A DNA stretch of 64,000 bases from Eutreptiella sp. 'Long Island Sound 2002' (lineage: Eukaryota > Protista > Euglenida): NCBI GenBank assembly GCA_964036045.1, contig OZ038378.1, positions 10,416,001-10,480,000 of the forward strand. The letters are read 5' to 3'. Numbering within the stretch: the first letter of the stretch is position 1; each line of letters begins with the position of its first letter. The notes beneath the pieces are model-generated. The model ran no database searches, was not told the origin of the DNA, and saw only the letters and a program-made list of their open reading frames with translations. The position numbers and the translations under genes are program-made. Of this stretch, positions 1 to 12,480 are shown piece by piece.

Positions 1-2165
1 GGTACCGAATTAAAATTAGGTATCAAATTACTATGGTCACTGCGCCTCCTGTAGCTTGGACAAGGGCGTGGCTATTACAAGGAGCGGCCGGGTACCTAAG
101 AAGAAGAAGAAAGCGATCTTCATGGGCCTCAAGGCACGGGCACTCTGGCAACCAATGGCAGTCAGACCCCCATCTTCAATTGCATCCACACAATGGACCA
201 AGGGGAATAAGGGGTCGTGGTGGTGCCCACACATCCTCAACACGAGTGCATGTGTGTGACCGCGGCCTTTGTGTGCCTTTTTCGGCTGATGAAGGGGGCT
301 CAGCATAGCTGCTGACAGGGGAGGGTTGTGTTCGGACATTTCAGCCGCAAGCCAACGCCGGCCCGGCCCGCGCTTTGCCCACGCCGCATGTGCGCAGTGC
401 AACACCCTTCCCACAGACACACGCCACGAACTCCTTGATATGTTTCTAGGATAGCGTTCGAGGGGCACCCTGCTTTGGACACACTCTTGAGCGGGCCGCG
501 ACACATAATCAAGTGCTCACCGTACATGCACCAGTGGACATGTGGTAGATGCCGGTTGAGAGGGACAAGGACTTGTGGGCACCGAGGACGTGGAACAAGT
601 ATTGGTTGACTTATGAGACTCATGGCAAATAGTTGTGAACGAAGAATTGGTCACATACGTCATCTCAACGCATGGTACTCGCCACATTGGGTTTGAACCA
701 AGCGGTGGTTGTTTTTTCTCGAACCAATTCCAAGCCATCGCAAGAAACCTCTCAAGACGCTTCAGTCTTCTCCACCAAAAATATATCATTTGCTTTGTGT
801 GTGCTCTTGACTTAGTTTATGGTGTCATCCCGACAAGGTGATGGCATTGCCATGTGACATTCGACATGTGCAAACCAATGAACAAAAAGAGGATGACACA
901 TGAGGAGAGAAGAGGTGCCCAAGGGAAAAGAGGAGGAGAATGTGCTACAAAACATGCACCAACTACAAGAAGTTGGCGAATATAGGTTTGGAGATACTAT
1001 CGAGTGGCTGATGACATAGACGTAGATGCGGATTGGTGCCTTGTGCACAAGCCTCATATATAGATTCCGTTTGATGTCCTTGGTCAGCCAACTTACCCTA
1101 TGCGTCCTTGGGATACTGCTCAGTGACCTAGACTCGCTTCTTATGCATGCACACATACTAACGGGTAGCCTCACCTGTGGTGGGATTAGAGGAGGCAACC
1201 TTGCCTTGGTGTCGGGGTGGCGGGGGTGGATGGATCAATATTGTCCTTCACCAACCGGCTCAATGCGGGCAAGTGGAGGTGGGCTAGAGAAGACTCTCTG
1301 GCTTTCGGCCCTGAGGAGCGGGTGGGTGCAACATTCTCCTTGGGCCCTAAGACAAGATCCTCACCTTCAACCACGGGGGCTGAACTAGATGGGAGCAGGG
1401 CCTCGGAGTTGGAGGCTCGTGAGGGAGGAGACTCTCCAACTTTGGGCTCCAAGGAGGGGATGGCGGCAATGTTGTCCTTGGGCTCTAAAAGAGGATCCTC
1501 ACCTTCAACAACGGGGGGGCGAAGTAGATGCGGGCAGGTTCTGCCTTATTGGGGGTCCCCAAGGGGGGACAAAATCAGAAGTGGCTACAAAACCCTTGCC
1601 GTCTTGAGGGCCCACATGTGGGCAAATAGGCTACATGCCGTCCACAGGGTCCCCAATTTGGGGAGGAAATTAAAGGGGCTACATAACCCCTGCTGTCATC
1701 AGGGCCCAAATGTGGGCGAAGCGGCTACATAACCCGTGCTGTCTCAAGGACCCCCGACAAGGGGAAATCCAAATCGCTTCGAAACTTGTGCTGTCTAGCA
1801 TCCCCAAAGCAGCGAGGATTTAAAGTGGCGGCATAGGCCTCTAAAAAGAGAGAATGGTTGGCCGCATTCATTTTTGTTTTTTGCTGTAGGTTGCATGTGC
1901 AAGCCAGCCCCCACATCCGGGGAAATTTTCCAACAAATTGGGGCAGCAAATCAGGGGACCACTTTCAGCAGGTTTTCAGCATGGTTCTTGGCAACACAGC
2001 TCCCCAGTGACCTAGATCTCGGTCGCAGGCCCCAAACACACCTGGCTTTTGGTTGCAGCACAGTCACATGGGAAACCAAATTCTCGCTCGTTCTGCCCAA
2101 AAAACTTTTCACCCTCCACTCTGTTCATGGTCCTTGAGAAGTGGTAGTCTGTGAAAAAGCATGTA

Positions 2166-2327
2166 TCAGTGGTCGGTCTTGCAGATGCAGCATGCTAGTT
2201 CAAAACCCTCTGTGAGTATCTTTATCGCCTGCCTTAAAGTGGTCAGCCTGCTGAAAAAAATGTTTTCCATGCACACACAAAGCCTGCCATAAGTGGGAGT
2301 GTTTGCGCCACAAATATGACAGGCCAT
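2166..2327 (-). pseudogene. Possible degenerate RING-variant (C4HC3)-like fragment
   Basis: CHICGANTPTYGRLCVCMENIFFSRLTTLRQAIKILTEGFELACCICK has RINGv spacing (C-x2-C-x10-C-x-C-x7-H-x2-C-x15-C-x2-C), but R and T occupy the His and fifth Cys positions. Confidence 0.25.
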
Positions 2328-4621
2328 GGGGGTAAAAGCAGCCTGTTCACACAAGAAGTAAGACACTTGGACACAAAGAACTGTCAATACTTGACAGGGC
2401 ACCAAGAATCCAACAAATTGGGGCACAAAATCGGGGCAAACTAGGGAGATCGGCCCCGGTTTGGGAGGATGGGGGTTGCATGTGCTTTTGTTTTTGGGTA
2501 TAGGTAGGGTGTACCTTTTTTGGATGTAGGCAATAAAACAAGCGTAACTCGTGTGCACTTTTTGTTGGCTGTAGGTAGCGTGCACTTATTTTGTTGGATG
2601 TAGGTTGCTTTAAAAAAAATCGCAAATCACGTATTTTTGTTGGCGTAGGTTGCGTATCCACAATATTTTCAGTTTTTTTCTTCCACAACCGACTTCCGCC
2701 ACCCAAAAAAAGTGCACATGACCTACAGCAAAAAAAAAAAAAAACGACGCAACTTACTTGACAAGCGGGCATGGCATGCACATGTGGTCATGCCTTCCAG
2801 AACTACAGAGCACTGTCAGTCAACCAACTGCTGTCGGCTCTGCACCTTGTGGCCACAAAAAAAGGGGGGGGCTGGGCATCCCATTCCTTTCAGGCTAGCG
2901 TGAGCGAGACATAGATGCAGCGGACCGTACCCCAGGCCCCCTTTTGAAAAGCACTGAAAGCACGTCACTGAAAATGACAGTCCGACGGAGAACCGGTGGT
3001 CAGCGATAACCTGACGATGCCGGGGCACCCCCCGCACCGCATACCGCCCAGCGTCCGACGGCCATGGTGACCCCAGCAGTACGCCGCAGCCGGCCCCAAC
3101 GAATGGTCCACCTGTTCGCTCGTGTGACAACCCTTAGACAAGGCCGTGCTGACGCGCACCGCACAGGCACACGGTTCGTGGGGGGCATGGGCCCCGTTGC
3201 AGCACCGTTCGGGGGCAGTCACACCACAAGAAATGGAAGTGGGGGGCAGAACAGCGCCCAGAACAGCGCCCGTCAGGCGGGGGTTGCTAGGGCTGTGCCA
3301 GCGCGAGAGAGGGGCTCACCTTCATCTTCCGGCAGAATGTCACGTCGCCGACCGTTCCTCTTACAACTGCACTTGTTGCCCCTCTGAGTCGGCTTTGGCC
3401 TTCGACCACGGGCACCAAAAGCCCCCACGAGAGGCTGTGTGCCGGGAGTTGCGCGTGGAGGCCGTGGCCTGCCACAGTAAACGTAAAAGGGACTCTGTGC
3501 GTCTTTGGAGCCCGAAGGCGGCCTGGGTCCACCTACGCCCGCCACACGCACACGTTGTGGCACGCACTGCCCCGTGGCAGTGCGTGGCACCCCTTTGCCG
3601 GCCCTGAACGGCGTCTTTGGGTACGTGCTGCTTGGCGCATGCGGCCCCCGTGCCCCCGCCGGCCACGTGCTGCCCTCGTGCCATAGGAGGCATTGGCGGT
3701 CCGCACCAGCGCATGCGCCGCGCACCCGAAGCTCCGGTGGACCGAGAGATGTGGCTGCAAAACCGCCTGATTCAGAGGACATTTGTAGACCACTGCTGGG
3801 GTGACCGGGAGGGCTGTGAGGGCCCGGGCATCCGTGGGGCGTGGGCCAAGTGTCGGTGCGTTGGGTGTGCTGGGCGTGCCATGCCGAGGCCTGCGGATTG
3901 GGGCATGGAGGCTCAGAGCTGTGCCAGGGCGGGTCTGGACAACCCATGGCCTGCAGCTGCCGCGTAATGCTGGAGTACTGCTTCAGCAGAAGCCGGGCCA
4001 AGGCCGTCTTGTTGGCCTCCTCGCAATCCGCCAGCAGCTGCTCTAAGGCCAGCCTGCGGTGCCACACTGCAAACACCGTTGGGCCACTGTCCCCGTCCTC
4101 ACCAGCGCCCTCCTCAGGGTCTGGTGGTCCTGGCGGCAGCCTGCCTCGGAACTGGGGGCAAGCGCTGCGGAGGTGCATTGGAACTCTGAAAAACACGCAG
4201 ATAGAAGTCCTTCTGGGGCTGCATAACAGACAATTGTGCCTGCTCTGCGGTGTGCATCAGAAAACATTGTTCATCCAACCCCCATCAGTTCCCCACCAAC
4301 CCAACTTCCAGTGGTCACAGGTTGACAATTTTCAGGTACGCGGAATGATTACTTTGAGGGTACGTTTGCCCTGCGCGCCCGGCATCCGAATCAATGCCCC
4401 GGTCATCCATCCCAATGCTTTACCACTAAATATCACTCCCCCCTCTAGCCCAGTAACCCTAAGCACGAATGACACAACAAAGCACAACTGCAGGGAACAA
4501 GGAACCTGTCAAGCATTATAATTTCACAACCGTAATACCTGCCTAGGATTGTGTTCCAAGGAAATAATATGGGGTGTATTGTAACATGGGAAGGTCACTG
4601 ATGTCAGGAAACATTGCAAAA

Positions 4622-5014
4622 TTATGGTGCAACATGCACAACTTCATCCCCACAAGTGTGAGGGTCAATACATTCAGCGCAATACCTCTCATTGCACTGC
4701 CCACAAACTGTGGTGGTGCGTTTGTGACAACACAGAGCACAAACGTCTTCATCATCTTCATCACAATCATCTCGTGAGGCAGGGCTTGAATCATCAACAA
4801 TAGCCCAAACATGTGGTGGCACATGGTCCCATGGACTAGAAGGCTTATACCGTACTTGCCTCCTGATGCAAAGCTGTGTGACATGCAACAACACCCGCAC
4901 ACTTTGGTGCAACTGATCTGCATTGCCACGCCAAACGTTCCTCACCAAAGCCCTATGTTACAAATGGCAAAACAACTGTTCAATCCTTGCCCTATACCAC
5001 CCGTGCACATCATT
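4622..5014 (-). pseudogene. C-terminal fragment of an IS5/PIF-Harbinger/ISL2EU-like (DDE_Tnp_4-type) transposase with Cys-rich tail
   Basis: NDVHGWYRARIEQLFCHL* (catalytic-Glu helix, N..H...R..IE..F..L), followed in frame by ...DEDDEDVCALCCHKRTTTVCGQCNERYCAECIDPHTC. Paralogous to 35413-35849. Confidence 0.7.
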
Positions 5015-5989
5015 GTTTTTTTTTGTGTGTTGCGGCGCCACAGGAGTTGAGAGTTCGCAGATGAGCTATGAACAAAGAAGACGCACTTAGGCGATGGCCT
5101 AGCGTATGTACAACCGTAGAAACCATAGCCACATTCATGTAGGTTATGCATGTCCACAAAAGGACGTCTATGGAGACAAGTGACGACACGTGTCGGTTGT
5201 CATGTTAGTGCACATGGCGTCTGCCGCGGGTACCAACACATGTAGCCTGGACGCCTAGCATAGAATGTCATTATCCTCCGATAAGTGCAACACTCCCGCC
5301 CCCAATTTTTTCCCAGGGGTTGCATTTCGTCCACGGATTCGGGGACCGACACGGACTGCCAGCTATTCGCTTTGGGGTCCAAAGCCGGCCCACACATCGG
5401 ACCCGGCATCGGGGGCTCCTTCGGGATGCAAAAAGCAGGCTAATTTTTCCGGGCTCCCGCTAGGGCACCGGCTACTTTCTTCCGGGCAACAATTTTTTGA
5501 TGCGAAATTTCACAAAAACCAAAAAACCAAAAACTTCTGTTATAATGGACCCCCGTGAGTAATATGTACAGTGCTCCGCCACTCCCCAAAGGGAAGCTGC
5601 CCCGGCTACCAAGGCCACGCGTGGCCAATCACATGTCCCCGATCGTGGGACACGTTAGCAGGTTAGCAGGTTAGCCCTCCATCGCGAATGTTGCTGGTCA
5701 GCAGCGGTCATGGGCAGGGTCACGGTTAGTTTTGGTTAGCCTAATCAGGGTTGTGGTTAGGGTCCATGGCATGGCCATGGTTAGTTCACGATTCCTCCTT
5801 TATTCGCAGTGCCACCTCTGTGTCCGTTGGAAAGAAATCACCCTCACTCAAGAAGTGGGTGGTGGGGCACAACTGGATGCATCCACATCAATGGCTGCAG
5901 AGACGGCCGGCTGAGTGCCACGCACTGCCGATCGGCGAAACTTCTTCTTGGGAGGTGGAGGAGCAGGTGCCGCCCAGGGGGCCCCCAGA

Positions 5990-6730
5990 AAAAAAATTCC
6001 TGATACCACCGTGGGATTTTTTTTCGGGGGGTACCCCCGGAGGGCCTCAATTGGTCAGGTGTGGACCCGCCACTTAGCTCCAGCCGCGCCTGCCTCACGA
6101 CCTTCATCGCCTTCTCAGTTCCATGATTGTCCGTGTCACGCAGACAGTGCTTTGCAGTTCGTCCCTTCCCTCGTCCCTGGATGGGGTAAGAGTCGGGCTG
6201 CTTCTACAGGGTTCAGGGCATTGTCGCCTTCGGACTGAGTTTGGGGCGTAGCGTTTGTTGTGTCCCACTTTGGCTCCCTCCGTCGCACTGGCATGCTCGC
6301 TTGCGCTGGCCCCTCTTCGGCCACACACCTGTGTTTCCGGGTCACCTGGTCGTGGGGGGTGGGGCGGTCAGAGGTCACCCTTGTGGGCCGCTGCCACCGG
6401 CCCTGGGCTATTTAGGTCCTTAGGATTTAAAAACCCCAGTGGGTACTGGCTTTTCGGAGGTCAACATACAGCCATACAGGGGAGGGGTGTGGGCAGCGCC
6501 TGGGCGCCTGCATGTGCAGTCTGTGTGTGTGCTGGTGCATACAGGGTGGCCCCGGAGGGGGAGGGGGATACGAGAAAAAAATTCTCGCGAAAATTCTTTC
6601 GGGGCCCCAAAAACTGAATTTTTTTGACTTTTATCGCACTTTTTTGAACGTGGAAGGTGCAAGGAGGATACCTTTCAAGGTATTCATTCAGATTTTAGCC
6701 GATATGGGTGGTTTTTGTGTTTAAGGGCAT
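5990..6730. repeat. Dispersed repeat (second copy ~55420-55650) interrupted by a 505-bp insertion
   Basis: Shared blocks such as taccaccgtgg...ggtacccc(c)ggaggg and gattttagccgatatgggtgg...gtgt(t/c)aagggca. ccccggaggg is duplicated at 6035-6044 and 6550-6559. Confidence 0.65.
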
Positions 6731-7379
6731 GAAGACCCCCGGTCTGTTCCGCCTGCACTGCAGCGGCCCACCCTGGCCTTTTATCGGCAGGAAAGAGTCC
6801 CCAAATGAGCTAATGCACCTCATTTGGGGCGAGAAACCGAACCAGCGGCATTGAAGGACAAGGGTGACGAATGTCCACTTTGGCCGTTCTATAGGTTGCC
6901 CAAGCCAATCGTGGACCCCACAATGTCATGTCCCCGCTATCTCATAGCATGCTGGCTGCTCACCGCTGTGCCACATTTGCTTGCCAAAGAAGGTTGGTTC
7001 TCAGTGGGACTGCGGTTTGTGTGTTAGCGTGATGGTGTGTATGTTTGTATGTGGATGGTGCACATTGTCGCACTACGCAGCGCTTGCATGCACAATGCGG
7101 AAAATTTTTTTACATGGCTAATTTCTTGCAAATCAAGCATCACGAACCGCGCCATTATCGCTGTACCGCGCGCACATTGATTGTCCGGATCTCCCCTCAC
7201 TAGCCACACGTCCTGCCGACCTTAAATGGCATGCCATCCTTTCGCCCAACGAACGGGTTGCCCAGTCCCGTGAGGCCGTTTCGAGTCGTTTGGCGTTTTG
7301 AGTGGCACTAGGCAGTCACCCCATCACTGCAGGTGCTTACCGCTTTTTGGGCCTCCCACCTTGGGAAGCTGCGGGTCGC

Positions 7380-7620
7380 TTTTGCCTTGTGTTGCCCTTG
7401 GCTACTACGGGTTTGCTTTTCAACTTCTTCTTCTTCTTGTTCCTTTTCCTCTTCTTCTTCTTCTCGTCCGTGCTACTACTACCAATAGTACTATGTTCGT
7501 TGGTTTTACTGTTGCTGCTGCCGCTGCTGCTGCCGCTACTACTATTGTTGCTGCTGGTGCTGCTGCTCTGACTAGTGTTATTCTCGTTGTGCTCGTCCGG
7601 GTCATAGTCCTCATCATGCC
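7380..7620. repeat. Low-complexity (CTT)n/(GCT)n region
   Basis: Runs of ttcttcttc and gctgctgcc; the minus strand reads as Lys- and Ser-rich low-complexity peptide. Confidence 0.7.
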
Positions 7621-8011
7621 GCTCCTGGTCCTTCATAACTGCCGCTGCTGCCTTGTCTCCGGCCTTGAGGGCCTTTGTTGTTGCTCCTTGCTCCTCCACC
7701 CTATCTTTTGGCGGAGAGGGCCCGGTCTAAGGGGAAGTGGGTGATGAAAGTATTCACCCAGGTCTCAGTGGCGGGGATGGAGGTGACGAGGAGGAAAGCC
7801 TTCAATGCGGCTCAAGGAGCCGGGGACGCAGAAGGCCGGGCCATCCACCACAAACTTGTGGGACCAAATAGCAGATGTCATGCTGTTGAGGGGGTCTGAA
7901 ACAAATTGTGCTTTAGGGGTACTGCAAAAGGGAGTAGAGGATGTGGAGAGGAAAACGGGCTTCTTGCTATATTGGACCCTTTGGTGGAGGATTATCCTAG
8001 ACGACTCCAAA

Positions 8012-8081
8012 GAGGCCGTGGGATTCGAACCATATACTAGTGTTTACTTGACAAGTGCATGACCAACTGTACTATAAGAAG
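8012..8081 (-). pseudogene. Degenerate tRNA-Thr(AGT)-like sequence or SINE head
   Basis: Reverse complement TAGTACAGTTGG (A-box) ...CTTGTCAAGTAAACA... GGTTCGAATCCC (B-box) resembles the eukaryotic tRNA-Thr core CCTGTCTAGTAAACAGG...GGTTCGAATCCC. The acceptor stem does not pair. Confidence 0.5.
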
Positions 8082-8150
8082 AGGGTACTACAGAAGGCGG
8101 TGGCGCGACATAGAAACAATTCGACATAGGGCACAGCACAAGGTATGGTG

Positions 8151-8640
8151 CTCTATTGAAAAACTGCCGATGGCCGTACCACAACAGTCCTCTCATTGCG
8201 ACTACTTTAAATGCTTTGCACCTCTAATGAAAAGATGCGGATGGTCACACCACATTGCCATTACTTTAAACGTTATCCGCCTCTGATGAAAAATTGCGGA
8301 TGGTCACACCACAAGAGTCCTCTCATTGCCACTATTTTAAATGCTTGCGCCTCTATCCTCTCACTGCCACTGCTGCAAATGCTATATGCCTCTAATGAAA
8401 AGCTGCGGATGTTCTGCAACAAGAGTCTTCAGATTACCACTACTTTAAATGCTATGTTGCTCCATAGCAAAACCGCGGATGGTCGCACCACAGGAGTCCT
8501 CTCAATGCCACTACTTTCAATGTTGTGCGCCCCTAATGCAAAACCGCGGATGGTCGCACCACAAGATTCCTCTCATTGCCACCATTTTACATGCTATGCT
8601 CCTCTATTGAAAAACTGCGGATGGTCGCACCAAAGAACTA
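8151..8640. repeat. ~70-bp minisatellite, about 7 degenerate units
   Basis: Recurring ctct(a/g)atgaaaa..tgcggatggtc.caccaca...tcctctcattgccacta.tttaaatgct with unit starts near 8151, 8221, 8280, 8390, 8460, 8530 and 8600. Confidence 0.85.
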
Positions 8641-8967
8641 CTATGCAAGGGAGGGGGGGTAATGTGGGGATGAGGTTCTCAAAGATGGCACAGTATTGGA
8701 GACCCCTGAATGGGGTACCCTGAATGGATCACCATATTACCAAAACGGGGTACCCTTTTTCAATGGTATGCACAACAATACACAGGAATGGATGAGAAAT
8801 GAGGGGGAAACACACATGCAACTCATGTAAATGCAGAAAAATGCAGCACAAGGGTAATAGGTCAGGATACTAGGCAGTACTATCCAGTGTGTGTATGTTG
8901 TTATGCAAACCTTGTGCACAGCGAGGGTACAGCGCGCAATACGCCGCCTTGTGCCAGAGACACACCA

Positions 8968-9515
8968 TCCTGAAGCCTGATACAAATACGGAACAACCTA
9001 CTCCACTCACTCCATCCCCTGCGTCCCAGAGTATCCACGCACCCTCGTTGTTGCAAGCACTAGTCACTCGAAGCTGGCCGAACCCCGTGTCCAACATCAG
9101 CCCCGAAAAGCGGGTGGGGGGACTGCATGAAAGCCAGCACATCACAACAACTGCCCCCTACAAAGTATAATGGTCAGGGCGTTGTACCTCATGTCCCTCC
9201 ATGGACGGTTGCAAGGCTTCAGAATTGGTATCTGAAGTGTTGCTACCAGCTGAAGGGTTGCTGCCACCTAAGGAGCAGAATTGATGTTCTGGACGGGAGC
9301 CGGTGCTGGACACCAACAACGGAATGAACTTTCGCTGGAACATTGAACACATTCCGGACGGGAGCAATGGAGCCATGGCGTGGGGAGTTTTGTGCACTGC
9401 AAAGGATATGAGGGTATGCATTGGGAGAGCAATGGCAGGCTCACCACTCACATTGGTATCATTGGTAGTGGCTTCATCACAGCTGACCAGCTTAGAGGGA
9501 GACTGACAGAGCCCT
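8968..9515. repeat. Dispersed repeat; second copy at 56131-56192 + 57406-57850 is split by a hAT-like insertion
   Basis: gaagcctgatacaaatacggaacaacc...gtcccagagtatccacgcacc...cacagctga is present in both places. Confidence 0.85.
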
Positions 9516-11984
9516 GGGCATCTGCGGTGGTGAGAGGGGGGGAGGGGGGGGCGGCGGTTGGAGTTGGTCTACCACCCCAAGTATTTGTCGAAAACCTGGG
9601 TGCAGGGGGACGGCGGGGAATGAAGCAACGGATAATGAGCTCCTGAATGTCCCGATGACACAGACATGGCGGCAATCGCATCCTACCAGTTCTGAATGTT
9701 GCCTGGAATCCGCCCTACGGTCGAACGAATGCTTCCTGGACCAGCTGATTTGGTTAGGGCCAGGTCAGAGCTGTCATGCCTGTTTGCCTGACGGCTCAAC
9801 GTCGCTGTTGCTGTTGCCGTGGCTGTCACTGTCAGTGAGCCTAGACTCCCCATTTATGGTCACTGTGTGCTATTGCTGTCACTCAACGTGGACCATGCAC
9901 TCATCGCTTCTTCGGAGGGGCTGCCAGACATCTCCTCCAACCCCAAATCTGCACATGTATTTGCACATTTCTGTATGTTCCGTGCCTTCTTGCAGTGACA
10001 CCCTGACTCCTTTCCCTGCCCTCACGTCTACCTGCTCATTGCCCTCACCTCTACATGGGAGGGGACGCAATGCCCACTGACACTATCCTTCAGCAACTGC
10101 CATCGGCCCAACTGTCGACCCACAAATCAACATGCGGCGCCTGGGCCCCACTAACCATGCCGTGCCCACTAAGTGCACTTGCCCAAAAAAACCAAATACA
10201 CCAACTCCAAGTCCGTTATCAAGTGTAACTTCACACCTGCATGTTGCAACTACAACAGCTGTAAAGCTCCTCTGAGCTCCACTCTCGTCATGGAGTGGCG
10301 CTCATTCAAAGAGACCAGCAACTGTGTGTTACAATTATCACTGTTTGCACACCAAACACCAAATCATGCATGCTCAACCCCTCATGGTTTGACAACTTGA
10401 CACATCTACAAATGCTACATTGCACCCATCATTGATCTCCTCCTTTTTTTTTTATTCAACATGCCCACCACATGTAAGGTGCACCCTTTCTTCTCGGGCA
10501 TATCCTGTGACGCCCGGATACACACTTTTTTTTTTGGATACGCACCTGGAACACGAAAAAGTTTCGGGATACGCACTAGAAGAAAGTCTGGTAAGGTGTA
10601 GGGTCTCTGAAACATGTTGCGGGCAGCCAGGGGGGTGCGGCATCTCAGGGAGGTTAGGGGGCAAGGGCTATGAACCATTCACTGAATACAGTTGCCTTAA
10701 GTGGGAGCCACGCCCTACCATGCAAATTTTTAAGAATTTGTGAAATTGTCATTTTTGTGATGAGCCCCGTTGATAGCCTTTTTTTTCTGCAATTTCTGTC
10801 ATATTTGTGCACCCAAAACTTGGAAAAACTACACGAGCGGTTCCAAGAATGATTTTTTTTTGGCCATTGTTGTGACTTTGGCCAATGTGGACATCCTACA
10901 TGCTTGCTGTTTATTCCTGTTGCACTCTGAGTGATTGCAGTTAATGCATGGTGCCTTCAGACTTGTTGTTGTTACTTCCTGGGGTTGCTGGGTGACCTCT
11001 ACATGGTACTAACACCTCAGCATGAAGACGCCTTGGCATGGTGAGAATACACGACATTGTTCATCAACGGTCGACATGTGTTATTGTGTTGACTGAAATG
11101 ATGCATCCTTGCCTCCTTTGGGGAAGGGATGTAGGTTGTCTTTGTGTTGCTACATCAACAGCAGTCACATCATGAATCCTTGACAAAAATCCTCAATTGC
11201 CAGTCAGTAATGACTCCTCTATTTTAATTTATTTATTCATTCATAGATAAATAAATAAATTATTTTATTTATTCATTTTTATCTATTTCAGGTTATTTTT
11301 CGTTCAGACCTGGGTAAGCTGGCAAAGCCCTCTTGGCAAACGGTACTCGAGAGAGTTCTCGGAATCAGGAATCAGAGCAGTCCAGTGCTAGGATTGTCCC
11401 ACAGCTCAGTGTGGTAGTAGACATGACAAGTAGGTAGGGCGAGCTAAATCTGAAACCAGAAGATTCAGCGGGAACTGCCACTCCTCTATTCGACAGTACC
11501 AACAAAACACCCAGAATTAAATAATTTTTCGCAGTTTAATATATTTTTGCGTCCTTGTACGATCATCGGGCCACATTAAATTAAAATTTGGGCCTTTGTT
11601 ATTTTTTTTGGGCTCCTAAATTTTGACATGTGCCATCCTTCGATGTAACTATCCTTAAGATTCCTACAATGTCTACAGTATCGAATGTTTCTGGGCTTGG
11701 ATGTGAGGATAGAACCACAGGTCATCCTCAATTACCCCAGCTTGCATTTCATTTCACCTATAACACCGCACCTTTGGCCTAGTCACAAGCAGAATGTACT
11801 AGCACTTGGGGACATCCCCCGCTCGAGATCTGGTTGGCGAAAACAAAAATTGCAAAATGCTGCAGCACATCACACACCTGCAAACCAAGTTTTGTTCTCT
11901 CCCCCTTCCAACCAAACCCAAACGGCAACAACAGTTGCTCTGCCCTTCGCTGGCAGCACACTCAACCACACCCACCCAATGGGG

Positions 11985-12480
11985 CCCAGGCATGGGCCTG
12001 AGCGTAGGGTCCGAGACGACATGTGACTTGGCGCTGGTCCCGTTTGATCCCTTGGAACGTGATACCCGTTTTGGAGATGTAAGATCACGGGAGAGATGAG
12101 ATTTCTCCCACCCTGCACAGGGTAGCAAATGACAGAACCGCCGCTGCATAGATCTTCCTGTCCCCTAGTTTGGAGCAGGCTTCACCCATGAGTTGGAGGA
12201 GGTCAGGTCCTCCAACTCGCCCGGGGAATCCACTGATGCTTGTGATAGGCGCCACAGCTTGTCCCACTGTAACTGTGGGATCCAACCTAGGGTGGCCACC
12301 GCCTTGAGGGCTGAAATACAGCCCCTGGCCGCTCCGGCTTTCTAGCCCTGGGCAAACATGGAGAGGAGGACCTTTTCAGCCAATGTCTGCATGTCGGTCG
12401 CCGGGACGGAGCCCCCGAAGTAGGCAAATCGCCTTAAGTGGTTGGCATACGTCCTTCTGCTTGGTGGCCTCCAAGTCGAC
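11985..12480 (-). pseudogene. Tyrosine recombinase remnant of a second YR (DIRS-order) retrotransposon
   Basis: STWRPPSRRTYANHLRRF...EKVLLSMFAQG*, AAAVLSFATLCRVGEIS (box I Arg) and GITFQGIKRDQRQVTCRLGPY align by eye with the YR at 27651-28280. Frameshifted, and truncated before the HxxR motif. Confidence 0.75.

Noticed and set aside
300-900. Possible piggyBac-like C-terminus (WWRRL..., Cys/His residues) on the minus strand
   Set aside because: Motifs are scattered over different frames with no recognisable DDD core.
3273-4196. 307-aa ORF and overlapping ORFs
   Set aside because: GC-rich sequence gives long frames on both strands; there is only a vague zf-RVT resemblance and no diagnostic motif.
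6799-6829. Perfect 11-bp hairpin CCCCAAATGAG/CTCATTTGGGG
   Set aside because: Isolated, with no U-tract, CTRR end or second copy to give it meaning.
9650-9760. SWIM-like ELVGCDCRHVC on the minus strand
   Set aside because: Upstream cysteines are missing and no MULE transposase motifs lie nearby.
11270-11420. Possible spliced-leader or tRNA-like RNA gene after the AT-rich patch
   Set aside because: It does not match the euglenid SL exon beyond a T-run, and there is no B-box.
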